Origin: Lama glama
Lineage: Eukaryota
Assembly (NCBI GenBank): GCA_028534125.1
Contig: CM052832.1
Span: 11,720,001-11,784,000 of the forward strand
DNA: 64,000 nt
Direction: 5' to 3'
Below the pieces are notes generated by a model, which saw only the letters and a program-made list of their open reading frames with translations, was not told the DNA's origin and ran no database searches. A program made the translations under genes and the position numbers. Every line of letters starts with the position of its first letter. Positions within the stretch are counted from its first letter, which is position 1. Of the stretch, positions 36,215 to 49,731 are shown in pieces.

Positions 36215-39200
36215 GCCTCCCTCCCTTGCCAGATGCCTGTTTGGCCCAGGGACAGGGTCACAAAGGTGACCTGCCAGGCCCACCCTCAGCCTTTTCTCTT
36301 TGCCACCCTGGGATGCAGTTTGATGAATTCCTGCTTTGAGGTGAGAACATGAGCCCATTTCCATAAAGCTCCTGAGAGAGACACAGCCCTGCCCTCAGGG
36401 ACCCCAGTCTGAGGGAGACAGCCCCGCCCTGGCTGGCAGTGTCTGCTCACAAGCTTCCGGGTGGAGAGGCAGCTGTAAGGGCAGGTCTGTGGAAGAAGCT
36501 CAGTAACATGGGTGCCTGAGGGGAGAATTGCCAGCCCCAGGGCTTACCCCCCAGGGCCGAGGAGGGACGTGCCATCTGAGATGGGCTGTATTTTACAGTT
36601 CACAGACTGTCAACTCATCCACTGCTGTTATGTCCCTTAACTTCAGGGACCCGTGACAGCCCTCTGCCCTCAGGGTCAGGCATCGGCAGGACCTGGCAGT
36701 GGGACCCTGGTCCTTCCTGAGCCGGCCCCCGTATCCCAACACAGCCTCCCTGCTTACTCTCTCCTTTCTCCGGCTCCCTGTCACAAACCCTGACCCAGGT
36801 CCCGCTTTGGGAGATAGAAGTTATCTGGTAATACCATGGGATGAATCAGCTTGCAGCATCACTGCTTCTAGAAGAAACTGCATTTTAAGAGACTTCTCCA
36901 GGAAGAGAAACAAAAACCTGAAAATCTAATGGCGGGATTTCCGGCAGTGGGAGGAGCAGTGTCCCAATAGCCCCCGATATGTTTACGAACATGATCAGGA
37001 AAAGACAGAGGCAGAGAAGGGGAGGCACAGGGTCTGATTTTAGCAACCCGAAGGGCCCCCGAATGCCTCTCATCTGCTGCATTGGTGCCTGGAATTCTTC
37101 ACCGGGGGCTGGGTCCTCTGAAAGGAGGCCAAGACCAGTTTTCAGAGATAGATGACTCCAGAGCAGTAATGGGGACCTGGGCTGACTCCATGGGGAGTGA
37201 GACAGATGTCAGAACCTTCTCTGGCAGCCTGTTTGGATGTGAGGAAGCGGGAAGACAAGAGGAGGCAGAGGGGCCAGGGGAGGGGAGAGGACACACAGAT
37301 GGGGCCCAAACCTTCAAAGTGCCATTTCTCCAGGACTCAGCCCGCAGAGCATGACCTTAATAATAGCCACCTGCCACAGCTGGCTCAGGGCCTGGCAAAG
37401 AGGAAGCACTCAAACTGCTGATTCCCTTCCCACATGCCCCTTACATACCCTCTTTGCAAGCTGCAGACTCACAGAATTGGGCTTTGAACACCTGTTGTAT
37501 GCCTGACATCACAACCATCTTACAAGGTGGGCACGGTTAATCCCATTCTACAGATGAAGAAACTGAGCCTCTGAGAGACCAAGTGACTTGCCCAAGATCA
37601 TCTAGCCAGGAAGTGGCAGAATCAGGATTCAATCCCCCAGCTCTCTGCCTCCAGAGGTCAAAAGTTAGCAGCCAAACTCCCTGCTAACAGTCACCAATGA
37701 CAAAGTGCCATTTCTCTGCCCTTCCTCTAGGCTTGGATTTGCCAACAACCAGTGTCCTCCTAGCAGTTCCTCTTGCCAGTGTGGACCCTAGCAGTGCGTG
37801 CCAGTCTCAGGCTCTCCGTTCAGGGCCAGCTGTGAGGCCAGGGAGGCAGTGTGTGCACAGATGTGTGTGTTACTGGCACAGTGTCAAGGGATCATTGCGT
37901 CCCTGAGCTCAGTGAGCCTATGTGAGTGTGTCTGTCAATTATGCTTCATTAGCAGCAAATAGTAAAAGTCAAGGCTGGTTCCTGACCGGGCCTGTGGTCC
38001 CCAGATGCCCATCTTGGCTGGACGTGGGGTGGGCCTGGGCACAGCCCAGCTTATCAGCCCAGCTTTATCTGGCCCAGGAGCTGCTTAGTAAATCACAGCC
38101 AGGGGCTTGGCTCCGGTCTTGTCAACACCAGGAGGCAGCAGGCCACATGCCAGGAGGCCCGGGGATATTTCATAAAGTCAGACCCTGGTGCTGGAAATAA
38201 AACCCCCAATTAAACACTTCCCCTCCCGGAAACTGCAGCGGCGTCTGTAATCAAGCTAACAGCCGCCCTTCCACGTGGATGCGGGCACTCAGGGCTGTGG
38301 AGAGCCGCTCATGAATCCATTAACTCCTGCACCCTGGCAACAGCAAAGGCCGGCAAGGACTCCTGGGCCCACATCTCCCAGACCAGGAAGCTGAGATTTG
38401 GAGAAGGTGGTCCCAGGCCCTCCCCAGAGTGCTGGAATGAGGGTCAAAGGCAGGGCTCCAACTGAAGGCATCAGCTGGGGGTGGGAGTGAGGGGTAGTGC
38501 ATCACGTCACAAACCAGAAGGAGCTCGGGTTCTGAACTACAGACTTGAGTTCAAATCCTGGTTCTGCCCTCAACCAGCTATGGGACCTCCCCAGGTCTCA
38601 GTTTTCTCATCTGTAAAATGAGAACCGTGATAACTTCCTAGGTCTGTGGTGTGATGATTAGGAGATAAGACAGGTGTTAGTTAGGTCTTCAAAACAGGAT
38701 CACAATGGAAGCCCTGCGGCTGCCCCACCCCGATTCCTCAAAAGGGCACCCCGTCACTGGGGCGGGGCTGGAGCTTAGGACACCACCTCAGCTGGAACTC
38801 CTACGGGGCCACCCCGGCCTCCTGTGAAAGCTTCCAGGCTCAACAGTACTCAAAGGAGGCACCTGTCTGAGTTTCTAAGAATTGTGAGTTATAGGCTATT
38901 TTAAAAAACATTTTATGGCTCTCCTATAATTAGAACCAAGCTAACAAACAAGTTGGAATCAGGAGGAGGTGCAGCTAATGAGACTGGAATGATTTGTAAT
39001 AAACAGATCAGTTGTTTGTGGGCAAACGAGGCTGTTGGAGGGCCCGCAGGCAGCAGCAAGCTCTCTGAAGTCACTTCAGCCTTCTGGTTTACACAGAAAA
39101 TCTTGTGGATGAGAGGCATCTCCTTGGAACACCTTCCTTCCTTGACTCATCAGCTCTCACCCTCTCCGTGCAATCCCCAAATCTGAATCAGAGGGGTCAG

Positions 39201-39594
39201 AATTTAAGGACTTGGCCAGTTTCCCTGGGACATTGTACAGCTCTGAGGCCTGAGGCCTGACCCCATCTCCAAGGTGGTGCCTGGATGTCCTCCCTCCTTG
39301 GAGGGCCCTCCTTCCTCCTCTCCATCTGCCTGCTCTCCCAGGCCTGGCTCCCATGTCACCTCCTTTTGGTAGCCTTCCCGATGCCACACCCCAGGCAGAA
39401 GAGGGGACTCTGACCTCCCTTAGCACCCCCTGGGGCCCCGAGCTGACCTCTTCAGCCCCATGGTGAGGGTCACCCCTTCTCCTCAGTGCACACACACTCA
39501 CACACCCCTAAGGTCTTACTGACAACCCTCGCTCCTGACACAATCCAAGCCAGGTGTCTGGTAACTGCTTCGAATTCAATTATTTAATTAATTA

Positions 39595-40040
39595 GTCCCG
39601 CACTCCTCCGCCCTGCTCTGCAAACCCAGGAGGCTGACCCCTGTGGACAGCATCGCTTGGGCTCCCTGCCCTCTGCTGGGTTTGGCCAATGGGAGACACC
39701 GGCAGAGGGTAGGAGGGCGGAAGGAGAGAGAGGCCAGGGTATTTCTCTCTTGCTCCCTTCTTGCTTTGATTCTGAGGTTCTGGCAGTGGCTTTGCCCCTC
39801 TGTGGCCACAGTCCTGCCCTGCTGGTGGCCTTTCTACCACCATGACCTCCGGCGTCATGAGGGCTCCATAACCCCATTCCCGCCCCACTCGGGTCTGGGG
39901 ATGTTAAAGCTCCCCACTGTTGCAGTCCTTGGTGCTTTACCTACATTACTGGCCCCTTAACCCCACCCAGCCTCTGTAAGTGGCCCCTCCATCAAAGCCT
40001 TTTCAAATTCCCAGCTGAGTGTGTTTTCTGCCGTGACCCT
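39595..40040. mobile_element. ERVL-type solo LTR (LTR33-like)
   Basis: aggctgacccctgtggac...gggtttggccaatgggag...gagagagaggccagggtattt resembles LTR33. Family assigned from memory. Confidence 0.55.
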
Positions 40041-41413
40041 GCCTGAGATCCGTCCTCCTCTTCCTTCTCCCCAATCCTAACTCCCACTGTGTGGTTCTTC
40101 CACAGGCTACTCCCTTGATCAGGCCAAGGCAGTTCCAAAACTGCCCCCTCCCTGCTCCCCATGCTGAGAGGGGATGAGGGAAGCCCCCGGTGCCAGCCTC
40201 AGCCAGGATATGCCAGAAACAGCAGTTATGCTGCAGGAGTCCGGGGTGGTTGTCTCTGCAGGGAGAGGGGGGAGGGAGGCAGAGTCTGTGATCTTGAGTG
40301 TCAAAAAAAGGGAGTGAATTAGCTTGGTGAATCCAGGGAGGGGGCGGAGGCTGGCAGGGGGCCTGCGCAGTGGCCGTTATCTTCATGGAGAAAGCAATAA
40401 AACCATGTTCACTCATAAACGGGCACCACCAGGACCTATTTCCTGCTCAAATAAAATTAAAGGTGATGGATGGAGCCACAAGCGGCAGGCAAGCTGGGGG
40501 CGGCTTAGTGCTGAGTGATGGGCCCTGTCCTGCGCCTGGCTCCCTGGGGTCTAGAGGCCCAGCCCAGGCTGGCCAGGCAACCAGTCCCAAACCTTTGAGG
40601 GGCGGGGAAAGTGTGTGTATCGGGAAAGTGGGGGAGGTAAGTCAGGTGGGTGAAAGAAATTAACAGCAACCAATCCTGACACCCCCAATCACCTGGCTTT
40701 ATCCCATCTCCCACATGGCCAGCAAAGGCAGAGGAACGTCTAGAAATTCACTCAAGCTCACACAGCCACTTAGAACACCAGCAAGCAAAACTATGACTGT
40801 AGGACTCGACTTTTTCATCTACAGGGAGAGGGCAGGCAGCTCAGACAGGAGCAAGCTGGGGAGGGCCTGGGGGACAACCCCACCAAGGCTCTGATCACTA
40901 CTCCCATCTGGGTTCACTGGAGCAGTGAACCCCTGAAGAGTCTGGAGGGGCTCTGTGCCACCACCAGGTAGTGGCACCTACAGACACACACATCACACAT
41001 ACACACACACACACACACACACGTGCGTGCGGGCGCATCAGAGCAACGACACCTCAGGGTAACCCCACCTCCACCCCAAGGCCCCGGGATCTGTTCCTTC
41101 CTGACTCCTTTCCTGACTACTAGATGCAGGAGTGCTCACAATTCTCTCTTAAGTCAGACCCCACACTTTCCACACAGACCCCACATGCCAGCACAGGCCT
41201 CAGGCTCAGGTTATACCTAATCCCACCTCCCCGCTCCCCACCGCAAGGACAGACAGACAGACCACCATTAGGAGGCCTAAAGACCCTCTGGGGTGGGGAG
41301 GGCTAAGTCTCAGCAGAAAGCAAGCAGCGAGCAGCCCGCCCCAACTCCACCCCAGCTCTCTGGTCTCCTAGACACAGGGGAGGGGAGGTCCATATGTGGG
41401 AAAGGGAACTCAC

Positions 41414-41521
41414 CGCTGCTGGCCCAGGGCAGGTACCAGGGGCAGCTGACATTCACGAAGGAGCCCGGTGGCCCATCTGGCCAGCAGGCATAGTCGTCAA
41501 AGGTCCGGTTGCAGAACAGTC
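41414..41521 (-). CDS. GLP1R: GLP1R exon 3 (ECD)
   Basis: (G)[38 protein letters not shown] acceptor, GTGAGT donor. 108 nt. Confidence 0.97.
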
Positions 41522-42254
41522 CTGTTGTGGGGCGATGGTGTCTGAGTCCCAGCCTGGCTGGGGCGCTTTCCCCTACTTTGCCCATTCCCCACCTGGGAGG
41601 CTGGTGAGCAGACCTGGGCCAGGCCAGCCTCAGCAGAGGCTTCCTACCTGCCCAGCTACGCAAGGGGACTGGGCCACTTAGCAGCAGTGGAACTTTGAGC
41701 AAAGTACTTAAGGTCTCTGTTTCCTTACCTGTAAAATGGGGGTGATCTCTGAACCATAGCGCTTTGTAGGGACAAATGGTATGTGCAGTGTAGATTTCCG
41801 AGCATAGGAGGTGCTCAGTAAACCATCCCCATGGGCCAGGTCTTAAATTACAGACCACAGATGAGGGGGATGTTAGCTCACCAGGCCAAGAGAACCTTCA
41901 TCAGGTCACTGGTGACTGCAGGTCAGAACTGGACCCCAAGCCTAGCTGGCTCCATCCTCTCCTCTTTAAGCCACCCCACAAACTCCCCCAAACATATATT
42001 CCTATACCTAGGAATAAGTGGGTTAGGCCTCCCGCCCCTGCACAGGCCGGGAAGTACAGAGGAGGATCCAGAACGGCAGGCCAGGGCCCGGCCTGGAGGG
42101 CTGGCTCCAGCCAAGGGCGAGGGGGAATACGGCAGCAACCAGACGGCACCCCAAGGCACAGAGCAGATGTGGCATCCTAGGAAGGCAAACGCTGCCCAGC
42201 CAGGCTTGGGGGCCTCCCGGGAGCAGGCTGGGCAAGGGCCCCACCTGGACTCAC

Positions 42255-42351
42255 CTGTGGCTGGGAGCGGAGCCTCACTCAGGAAGCGCTGGCACTGGCG
42301 CCGGTATTCTCGCCATTTCTGCACTGTCTCTGAGAGGGACACAGTGGCACC
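42255..42351 (-). CDS. GLP1R: GLP1R exon 2 (ECD helix)
   Basis: [35 protein letters not shown] acceptor, GTGAGT donor. 97 nt. Confidence 0.97.
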
Positions 42352-45300
42352 CTGGGGAGAAGAAAGAAATGGGGGCCCCTTGGGTCCAGCCAACCTCCCT
42401 TTTACCCCCTATCCCCACGCACACTTGCTTTCTTGATCTCCAGGGGACCTCTGGGGCCCAAACTCCACCAGGCACTGGCCATCTCTGAAAGGGGGTGACA
42501 ACCTGAACAGGGGCTCCAGGTGGGTGTTTTCCATCTCCATCCTGAAGGGCACCAGTGCATAGCTTGATGTGTAGTAAGTGGCAGCGAGTGACTACGGAAA
42601 GGATGCTGTGGGGGTGAGTGGGTGGAGGGGGAGGGAGAGTGTTTGTCTCACTCAGTGTCCCATCTGCCCTCACCCACGAGAGAGAGCTCCTGAGGGCCCT
42701 GGGTTCGTGACTGCCATGGGCTCCTTTCCAGCGCCCAGTCAGCCTGCCTGTGAGGTTCTCACACTTTCATCCACCATTCTAGAAGGGGACATGTAGGCCC
42801 AGAGTGGGAGAGAGGCTCAGGCAAGGTCACACAGGGCCCCAGGAGCAGAGCTAAGGCCAGGACCCGGAGTGCCCCAGATAGGTGGCTTGGTGGAGTACTG
42901 GAGGGTGCAGGCCGCGGTGGGATTCAGTGCTGCAGAGCCTGGTAACACTTCCCTCCAGCCTCCATCCTACAGAATGCAATCACGTTATCTGGGAGGCAAA
43001 CACGACCTCCGTCGGTCTCCCCCTCACATAACAAACACAGATCAAATATTCACTCCAGCTTCTATCAACAAGAAGTTCTGAGGACATGAGGTGAAGGGGT
43101 CAGAAAAATCCCAGAACACGGAGATCATTTTCCTGCAATGGGAGGGGTCCCGCTATCTCTGAGTAGGGGGATATGAACCTCAATGTTCATATAAGGTAAC
43201 AGAATAGGCTTTTTAGCAGAGACCCAGACAGACCCACCCAAATGAGAATTCTTCATTTCCACACATTTTAGTGCACTTCCTTTACATATGTCTTGGGACA
43301 GTGTTTCTTTTTCATTTGTATTTTTTCCTGAACAGGCTTAAGATTATAAATATTCCTCATTTAGAGGCTGCAGATACTAAAATGACCAGGCAGCCCCTTG
43401 TATAAAATTTAAGACTTATTCATAATTTAAAACAAAATTTCACTTTTTGAAATTACAATAATATACGCGTGTGCTGAAATCAAAGTAGCTTCTTTTTGGA
43501 AGCCTGCATCCTTGACGGGTGGTGCCCTAAGCACACACTGGATCTGGTTTCTGGAAAATCCTGCCCGGATTTGAGCTGAGTCGTGGCTATGAGACACTTC
43601 CCATAAAGACACAGGTTGTCATGTGCCCATCCCTGGCCGCACAGGAAGCCCCAGTAAGTGTGCGGAGGCCAAGGCAGGAATGCCCGAAGGACAGCGGTCT
43701 TCTGAGAGCAAAGGTCAACTGTATTTGTTTTTAAACAAATGAACAAACAAACAAGGAATCAAACAAGCAGCGAAGGCAGGGTCCTGATTTTTGCTACAGC
43801 TGAGGGGCTGCCACAGTTTTCATCAGGGCCAGTCCTGGTGGATCACCTCCCTGCCACCACCATACCCCCTTCCCTCCTCCTCCTGAATGCAGCAGCTGCT
43901 GGTGGTCAGAGCAGGACTGGGGAGAAACCCTCCCTGATCTCTCTTTCTAGGAAGAAAGTAGACAGGAAGCAAGGTCACCACTGGGAATTGGGGCAGAAGG
44001 TGTGTCTGGGGCAGGGAGTGAGGACAAGGAAGCATGGAAACTAGAAGTCTCGATGGGGTTGGGGATGGGGGTGGGGGAGTGGGGCTCAAGGCTAAGGACA
44101 GCACCGTGAAGGCCAATCTGGCCGCCAACACCCCAGGGAGCTTCCAGATACAGGCAGCCCTGACACCTGCTCTGAGCAGAGCTTCCAACATGAAACCATA
44201 TGCAGACTGGGGCTCCCCGAGGGCAGGGCTGCGTCTCCCTCAGAGAGAGAGCTTCCTGACACAGGGGTCCTCTGTCTTCTTCCTGTACCAGCACAAGTTC
44301 TCTAAACACTGCTCACCACACCCCCCTCCAGACACACATAACACCAACTACCAGGACCTCTGGCCTCTCCCCACTTGGTGTTTATGGAAGTTATATTGTG
44401 CCAGGCTCTGGGTGGTGGGGAGGGATGGGGGGACACAGGGAACATAAAGATGAATGGCAGAGCCCTGGCCTAAGACAGCACCATGTCCTCAGGTGGGGTG
44501 GGGTCAAATGCTCTGCAGGACCCAGCAGAGAAGGCAGGGGATGAAAGTGCTCAGGGAGTGGTTGGGGCAGGGCTCAGCGAAGACTCGGGAGCCCCAGGGG
44601 ACTCCGGGGACTGTGAGCTGGGGGTTAAACAGGGGTGCGTCGGGGAGAGACTGAGCTAGCAAGGGCGGAGGGTGGGCATTTCATCAGGGCAGGGCCAGCA
44701 GGAACAGAGATGCAGAGACGGGGACATCAGTGCTCCAGCAAGCAGAGGAAAGCCTTGCACTGAGGTTCAGGAGGATTTTCTGGGTCAGGGAGAGAGCAGT
44801 GAACAGAGGCAAGGCTCTGGTCTGGGACAAGGCTGGGGCCACCTGGTACAGCAGGGCTCAGGAGCTCAGGAGAACACAGTTATACAGAGAAGGGTGAATA
44901 GCTCTGGCTTTGGGCTCAGAGCCAGGCCTGATCCTGGCTCTCCCATAAATTAAGTTTGTGACCTTGTGCAAGAGTTTAAACTTCTAGCCCCAGCTTACCC
45001 CTGTGCAAATTGGGGATAATAATAGTCCCCACCTGCCCCGGATTGCTGTGAGCATTAAGTGAGCTGATGCTTAGAACGGCCCCTGGTACATGGAAAACTC
45101 GCAGTCATGGGGGCAGCCATCCCATGTATGGGGAAAGGGCAGAGTGGAATGGGCAGCTGGGTTTCCCGGGAGTCAGGGTCCCATCCCTCTCTCATTTCAG
45201 GATCAACAAACTCCTAATAGGAGGAAACGAACATATTTTCACGCCAAGGACTGATCGATCATTTTGCTTAATTTGAAACATCCTCCAGCAGCAAACATAG

Positions 45301-46419
45301 CCAGTAGCAAAGCCCAGTGAGGATGCCCAGGCCTCCAGGCCCACAGGCAGGAAACTGAGGCGGGCACAGCCTCCCACCACCCCACTTCCCCCGCCCCATT
45401 TTATCCTCCTATGATGTGAGTCCCTGTCCAGGCCTGGTGAGGAGGCGCTGGGGGTGCTGCATGGAGGAGAGGACGTGGTTGTGGATGCCCCTGCCCTTCA
45501 GAGGCAGCAGAGCTGGCCTGGAAAACAGAGCAGCAGTTGGGGGCTGTGGGGCCAGGGTGAGGGCAGGATGGCAGTTTTTAGAATCAGGATTTGCCACGCT
45601 TCATGGGGTCTCTCTGACGGGGGCATGGGAAGGCAACTGGGATGATGCTCAGAGGGGAGGTTACAGTAAGGAAGGGGCATCTCTCAGATTCAGGAGTTTG
45701 GGGAGGAAGCAGGAGATGAGAAAGAGGACCCCAGGAAGGAGTGGTGTGCAGGACAGAGCACTGGACAGAGTCACAAGTTCTCGGTTTAAATTCCAGCTCT
45801 TGTCTGTTAATGTGGGACGGATGGGCCACACATTAGTCTTTTGGGGCCTCAGGTTCCTCATCTGTGAAATGGGCATATCATTCTTCTCAAAGACTTTCTG
45901 TACAGACCAGCAAGATAAAGTAAGTGAAAGCCTTTAGGAAATATCCACCCCAGTACAAGTGGGTGGTGTTTGGAGGAAGAAGAGTAGGAAGGCAAGGATG
46001 TGGAAAGAGTGGTCACTGTCAAGGGGAAGGGCTTCCCAACACCCTGGGAAAGCACTCCTCCGAATGCTGGCTGCTACCCTGAAAAATCCCTCCTCCAGTT
46101 TCATTTCTCGGTGTGAAGAAGAAATCAGATTCTTTCCTTTTTGGGGAACCTTTTTGATTGAGGGGAAGGAGGAATAAGAGGCCACCGAGGTGGGAAAAAT
46201 GGGAGAGGGCCTCCCCAAAAGAGAAAGAGGGCTCCAACGACACCTCTGAGGCCTCCCGACTGATGCAGCCCTGCACCTTCTCCAGATCCCAGCCTCCTTC
46301 CTCTCTGCCCGCCTCCCAGAGCCCAACCATCCCTGATGGCCTCGGGGACCTGGAGGGGTGGCTCTTGGCCTCATTTTTTTTTTCTCAAAGTCTCCCTGAG
46401 CAGAAGGGCAGGGAAAGAA

Positions 46420-46690
46420 AACCACACATATATTCTCACATGCACCAGACCCCTCACATGTTTACACTGTCACGCACATGTTTACACACTGAGACATGAT
46501 ACAGAGTCTCTAACACGAACACACAGACTGTCAGGCACACGCTGGCATGCGGAGACACTGCTCCCCAACACACACACACCTTGACTGATATACACTCAGT
46601 CACACTGTTACACACAGCCACCACTTCTGTCACAAGCATTCTCTCACACACACACACACACTGGCAGACACCCATTCACACACTAAGATG

Positions 46691-46738
<48 letters not shown>

Positions 46739-46980
46739 CTTCCAACAGACAGTATCACACTTTGGGGTCACAAACACATAGACACATACTGTCAGGCACA
46801 CGACGACATGCTGAGACATTTCACACACCGGCAGACTGTCACACACAGGGTCACGTACAAATACAGAGCCCACACCGCTCTCCCAGGGCCATCTCTCTCT
46901 CTGTGTCTCTCTCTTGCTATGTATCTTTGTATCTCTATATCTCTGTATCTCTCTATCGCACGTGCACACATACACACACA
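46420..46980 (+). repeat. Extended CA/CT-rich low-complexity tract in GLP1R intron 1
   Basis: Many interrupted (CA)n and (CT)n runs. Confidence 0.85.
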
Positions 46981-49628
46981 AAGGAATCTGCCCAGGGGCA
47001 GGCTGCAGCTAAGGAAGGGCCTGTTTTTCCTCAGAGCAAGGCACCCGAGGGCAGGATGTGGTTTCTTGGTTGCTCCTGCCCCGGCCCCTACTGGAGTCCA
47101 TGCCTAGGAGGGAGCCCAGCTCAGAACAAAGTCCATGCTGACCACCGCACACTCTGAACGCCATCCACCCGTCACTAGGGCGCAGAGGCACGGGGCCTCC
47201 AACAGCCCCCCTCCAAGCCCTGTTCTGCTGCCCTGGAAAAGTCTTCCAGATTCCCGAGGACAAATGGGTCAGTCTGTCTGACTGACTAAAGCTGCCATTT
47301 CAGGGTGCCAGTGTCTCAATCCTCTCTATAACCCCATGAGGAGAGCTTGTGACCCCTATTCAAGATGAGGAAAAAGGTCCAGGATGGTCAAGTGTCCACC
47401 CAAGATCACCAGCTAACTTCAGAGCTGATATTTGAACCCCGTTCTGTCTGGTTCTAATTTTGGATGTCAAGGCTTGCCTGTCTCCTCCAGTAGACCAGCT
47501 ACCTCACAAGGGTCTTAGTAGGGGAGGGGGTGGTCCTTCCCAGAGACAATAAAGGAGTGGCCTAGGTCCCCTTCTTCAGAGGTCAGTTCAGTTACCCCAC
47601 CCCCGCTGCCTGCACCCCCAGCCCACCAGCCTGACAGCAGGCAGCTCACCCCTCATCCTCCCTTCAGCCCACCTGGGTGGGCAGGTATTAGGCACCAGCC
47701 CAGCCCAGCACCCCTTTCTCCCCTCTGTGCTGCAACCACTGGGTCACCTTACACAGAAAACCTTCCCTTTCTGAGATTTGCCCTCCCGTCAGTGACACGG
47801 AGGGAGTAAACCTAGTCTTGCTGATCTCATGAACAGAAAATAAAACACAACATTCACCATTGTTTAGAGTCTTATACTCGGGCATGAGGTTGTGTCGCAA
47901 TCACTGCAGTCTGACCTCAACACCCGTTCACTCAGATCTCCACGCGCCAGGGATGCTCAGGCCCCCCGATGGGGCACTGCCCAAAGCTCCCCATCTCTGC
48001 TCAGAGGCTGGCTCATCTTGCCCATCTCTGCCACCCCAGGACTGTTACAGCCCCAGGATATTCGACTTTTGCCCTGGCCCAGGGCTGAGGAATGAGGGGT
48101 CAGAAGAAAGGGCAGGTTCAAGGAGCCAGACTCCTCTGGGCAAAGGAAATTTGGAGAGAAGACAGGCAGCCTCCAGAACCTCTCCTCTTCCCTTAATCCA
48201 AACCAGGTCTGCAAACTCGGCCTGGAGCAGGATGGAACCAGGCAGCAGGGCCCTCCACCCTCACCCTGTCCCAGCCAGAGGAAGAGGTAAAGGTGAGAGA
48301 GAAGCAGGTACTGGGTCTGCAGCCCTGGCTCCCCAAAGATCCCAAGTACACCAGGGAAGCCAAGGTCTGGCTGAGGGGGTGGGGGAAAGTGCTGGGGAGG
48401 GCGGTGTCTCCTGAAGCAGAGGCAGCAGTTGGGCTGGGGGACAGGGAGAGGGAGGGAAGGAGTCCGGAGGGGGGAAAATATGTAGGCTGAAGAAGGGCTG
48501 GCACTTTAGCCAGGAGGCACATCTGTCTACTTCAGGGTTCTCAGGCAGGGGTGGAGTCGGCCCTCACCAGAGACCCCTCCTCCTGCTTCCCACCTGTGCT
48601 GGGACAAATTTCAAGCCCACTTCCCAAAGCTCTTGGTTCTTTATGTCTGGGGGTAAGAGTAGGAGGTCACGGGAAGAGACAGATCCCTGGCACAGGACAG
48701 GCCACCCAAGCCTGTGCCTCCTCGTTACTCAGGCAACTCACAGCATTTTTGGACAACCCTCCTCTCCCAAAGCAGGCTGACCACAGCCCCCAGCCAAGGA
48801 ACCTGGAGGCAGGGAAGGCAGAGAGGGGGTGGCAGGAGTCCACCTGTGGTCAGCTCTCCAAGGGCATCCGGGAGACCAAGGTGTCTCCGCATGTCCCAGT
48901 ATGAGCTCTGGTGTATGTTGACAACCAAGGGGGTCAAAATGGGGGCGTCAGGTGATTGTGTGAGGGGGCCCTGCCTGCTTCCAGAGGAGCAAGGTGCCTT
49001 CTACGTGTTTGCTGCAGGGGCAGGGGGGCGGGGCACTCAAGTTCCATCTGGGAGGTCAGGAGGAAGGACAAGCTGCCACCGCAGGGTCTCTGGGGCGATG
49101 AGTCAAAGGCTGTGGTGGGGGGCTGGTGAGAGGGTAAATGGAGCTGGGTGTCCACACCCTGGCCTCTCTGCCTTCCCTGAGGGTCTCTGACAGGTAGCGG
49201 GGCGGGTGAGGGGCAGGAACGGAGGGGAGGGGTCCGGGTCATGGTGGGAGAGGGGAGTCGGGGTGCTCGGGCTGTAGCCGGGCCGCCAGCACGGTCTGGG
49301 GGAGATGGAGTTGGGAAAGTGCTCTGGGGAGATGCGGCGCAGAAGTCAGCGCAGGGCGGCCGCGGGGCAGCTGGCGGCCGGGCGGAGGGGCCGGGGCGGC
49401 CAGGAAAGAGGCGCCTCGCCAGGGCTGGGGGAGTCGTCAGCTGTCTAAGCCGCCACCTCGGCCACCCAGCCCAGGGCGCCCAACTCTCCAGGCCCTACTC
49501 CCCCGAGGCTTGGGTTCCCGCCGCCCGCGGTCGCGGAGTTTCGCTCAAGTCGCGGCTGCCGCTGCCCCGACTCCGCGCCCGCAGCCCGCCCGCCGCCTCC
49601 CGGGGCCCCGGGGCCCCGCGGGTCTCAC

Positions 49629-49706
49629 CTGGGGGCGGGGGCCGGCCCTGCCCACCGCCCCGAGCAGCAGCAGCGCCAGGCGGAGCGGCCCGGGGGCGCC
49701 GGCCAT
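49629..49706 (-). CDS. GLP1R: GLP1R exon 1 coding part (signal peptide)
   Basis: GCC-ATG-G Kozak context. MAGAPGPLRLALLLLGAVGRAGPRPQ. Donor GTGAGA. 78 nt. The 13 exons sum to 1392 nt (463 aa + stop). Confidence 0.98.
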
Positions 49707-49716
49707 GGCGGGGTGC

Positions 49717-49731
49717 TCAGGACTGGGCCAT
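49717..49731 (-). other. GLP1R: Upstream ORF ATG GCC CAG TCC TGA (MAQS*) in GLP1R 5' leader
   Basis: Reverse complement of tcaggactgggccat. Context GCG-ATG-G. Stop lies 10 nt before the main ATG. Confidence 0.75.
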
